Assembly (NCBI GenBank): GCA_051362555.1
Contig: CM120649.1
Span: 2,418,001-2,482,000, forward strand
Direction: 5' to 3'
DNA from: Lingula anatina
Lineage: Eukaryota; Animalia; Brachiopoda
DNA length: 64,000 nt
The notes beneath the pieces are model-generated. The model saw only the letters and a list, made by a program, of their open reading frames with translations, did no database searches and was not told the origin of the DNA. Shown one piece after another: positions 62,888 through 64,000 of the stretch. The position numbers and the translations under genes were made by a program. Each line of letters begins with the position of its first letter. Position 1 is the first letter of the stretch.

Positions 62888-64000
62888 AGACGACAAGACT
62901 CGCAAATGTACATGTATAATGTACTTCAACCGCCATTTTGACGAAAACCTCACAACATATTTCGAAAAGAGAAATGTCTGAAGTTGGACGAGCTAACATG
63001 ATTGTATTATAGGGGTATATACCAGTACATAATAAATAATAAAAAATAAAAAAATACACGGGGCGTTACCACAAGATATAACTTAGCCTAAGAGCATTAT
63101 ACCGGGGTACATATTCACTGTGCTGCGGACTGAAAAAATTAAGAAAATTATTCAATATTTTGCACCCTTACAAGAGAAAAATTGTTTTGCAAACAAGCCT
63201 TAAATTTTTATGCAACTGACATTTGAATACACATTTCCTCATATAGTGTCGCACGTGAGCTGTTAACCTACAGGTGTATTTCCGCTGGTCGTGTGTGATG
63301 TCGCCCGTGTCACCAGAAATGACATGCATATCCGACTGCCATTCAGCGAGAGTCCCTGTGGATTTAACTCAATAGAGCGGTAGTTTCGTTTGGAATGAGC
63401 CTTTATTTAATAGATTCAGCACATCTTTCCATGTACAAAGAACGCTAAAGTATCGTTCATCGCATGTGTTTACAGTCTCGTAAGAACTGATAGTGTAAAG
63501 CGACACCCTCTCCCAGGGCAACAGCTTGATTGATTTTCATTACATATTCACAAATATGTCTCTGGCTTATTCATATCACATTTTTTACAAATGAACAAAA
63601 TTCATCTGCAGCCCTGGCAGAGGGTAAAATGGGGGCCCACTTTTCATGCAGCGTCGTCGGTCTGTTCAGTTTCTTTGAAGGTATTGTTTGAAGGGCGCAG
63701 ATTGTGCTGTCCACGCTCACCTAACGCATTCTGCTGTCCTCACTCACCTAACACCGTCTGCTGTCCACGCTCACCTAACACATTCTGCTGTCCACGCTTA
63801 CCTAAAGCATTCTTACTATTGAACTCCCTGTGGTACCTCTCTGAGTCCAATTCATCATCTTGATCAGCTTTAGGTCAATATTTGAGGAGGCGGTGCGATT
63901 TAATTTTTTTTTTTCTTAAATCAAAATAAGTGGTAATCAACCCAAACATATTTTGTACAGGAAAATATAAATAGCAATATTTCTAGCAAAATAAAAAGGT

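Overview
AT-rich, repeat-dense animal genomic DNA. It is probably a lophotrochozoan such as a mollusc, inferred from the TE families and gene type. The core of the window is a tandem cluster of intronless RING-Bbox-Bbox-coiled-coil-NHL (TRIM-NHL, TRIM56/TRIM2/3-like) E3 ligase genes: three intact ORFs (13605-15452, 39277-41106, 57593-59434) and one 3' fragment (61312-61521). The N-terminal RBCC halves are nearly identical, while substitutions pile up at the same two loop positions of each NHL blade, which looks like a diversifying ligand-binding surface. The genes lie in mosaic segmental duplications that also carry decayed SH3BGRL-like intronless copies, claudin/PMP22-like exon relics and a degenerate ~300-bp upstream repeat with a conserved ~80-nt core. 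Many TEs have resolvable ends. They include a young BEL/Pao LTR element that lacks RT/RNase H but keeps one open Gag-PR-IN frame, inserted 4 bp after a TRIM stop codon. Others are a solo LTR, Harbinger-, mariner-, Kolobok-, Academ-like and CMC/EnSpm-like DNA elements, Helentron-type HINEs and RTE-X, L2 and CR1-type LINE relics. No rRNA, tRNA or CRISPR array was found. All calls were made by eye with no database search.
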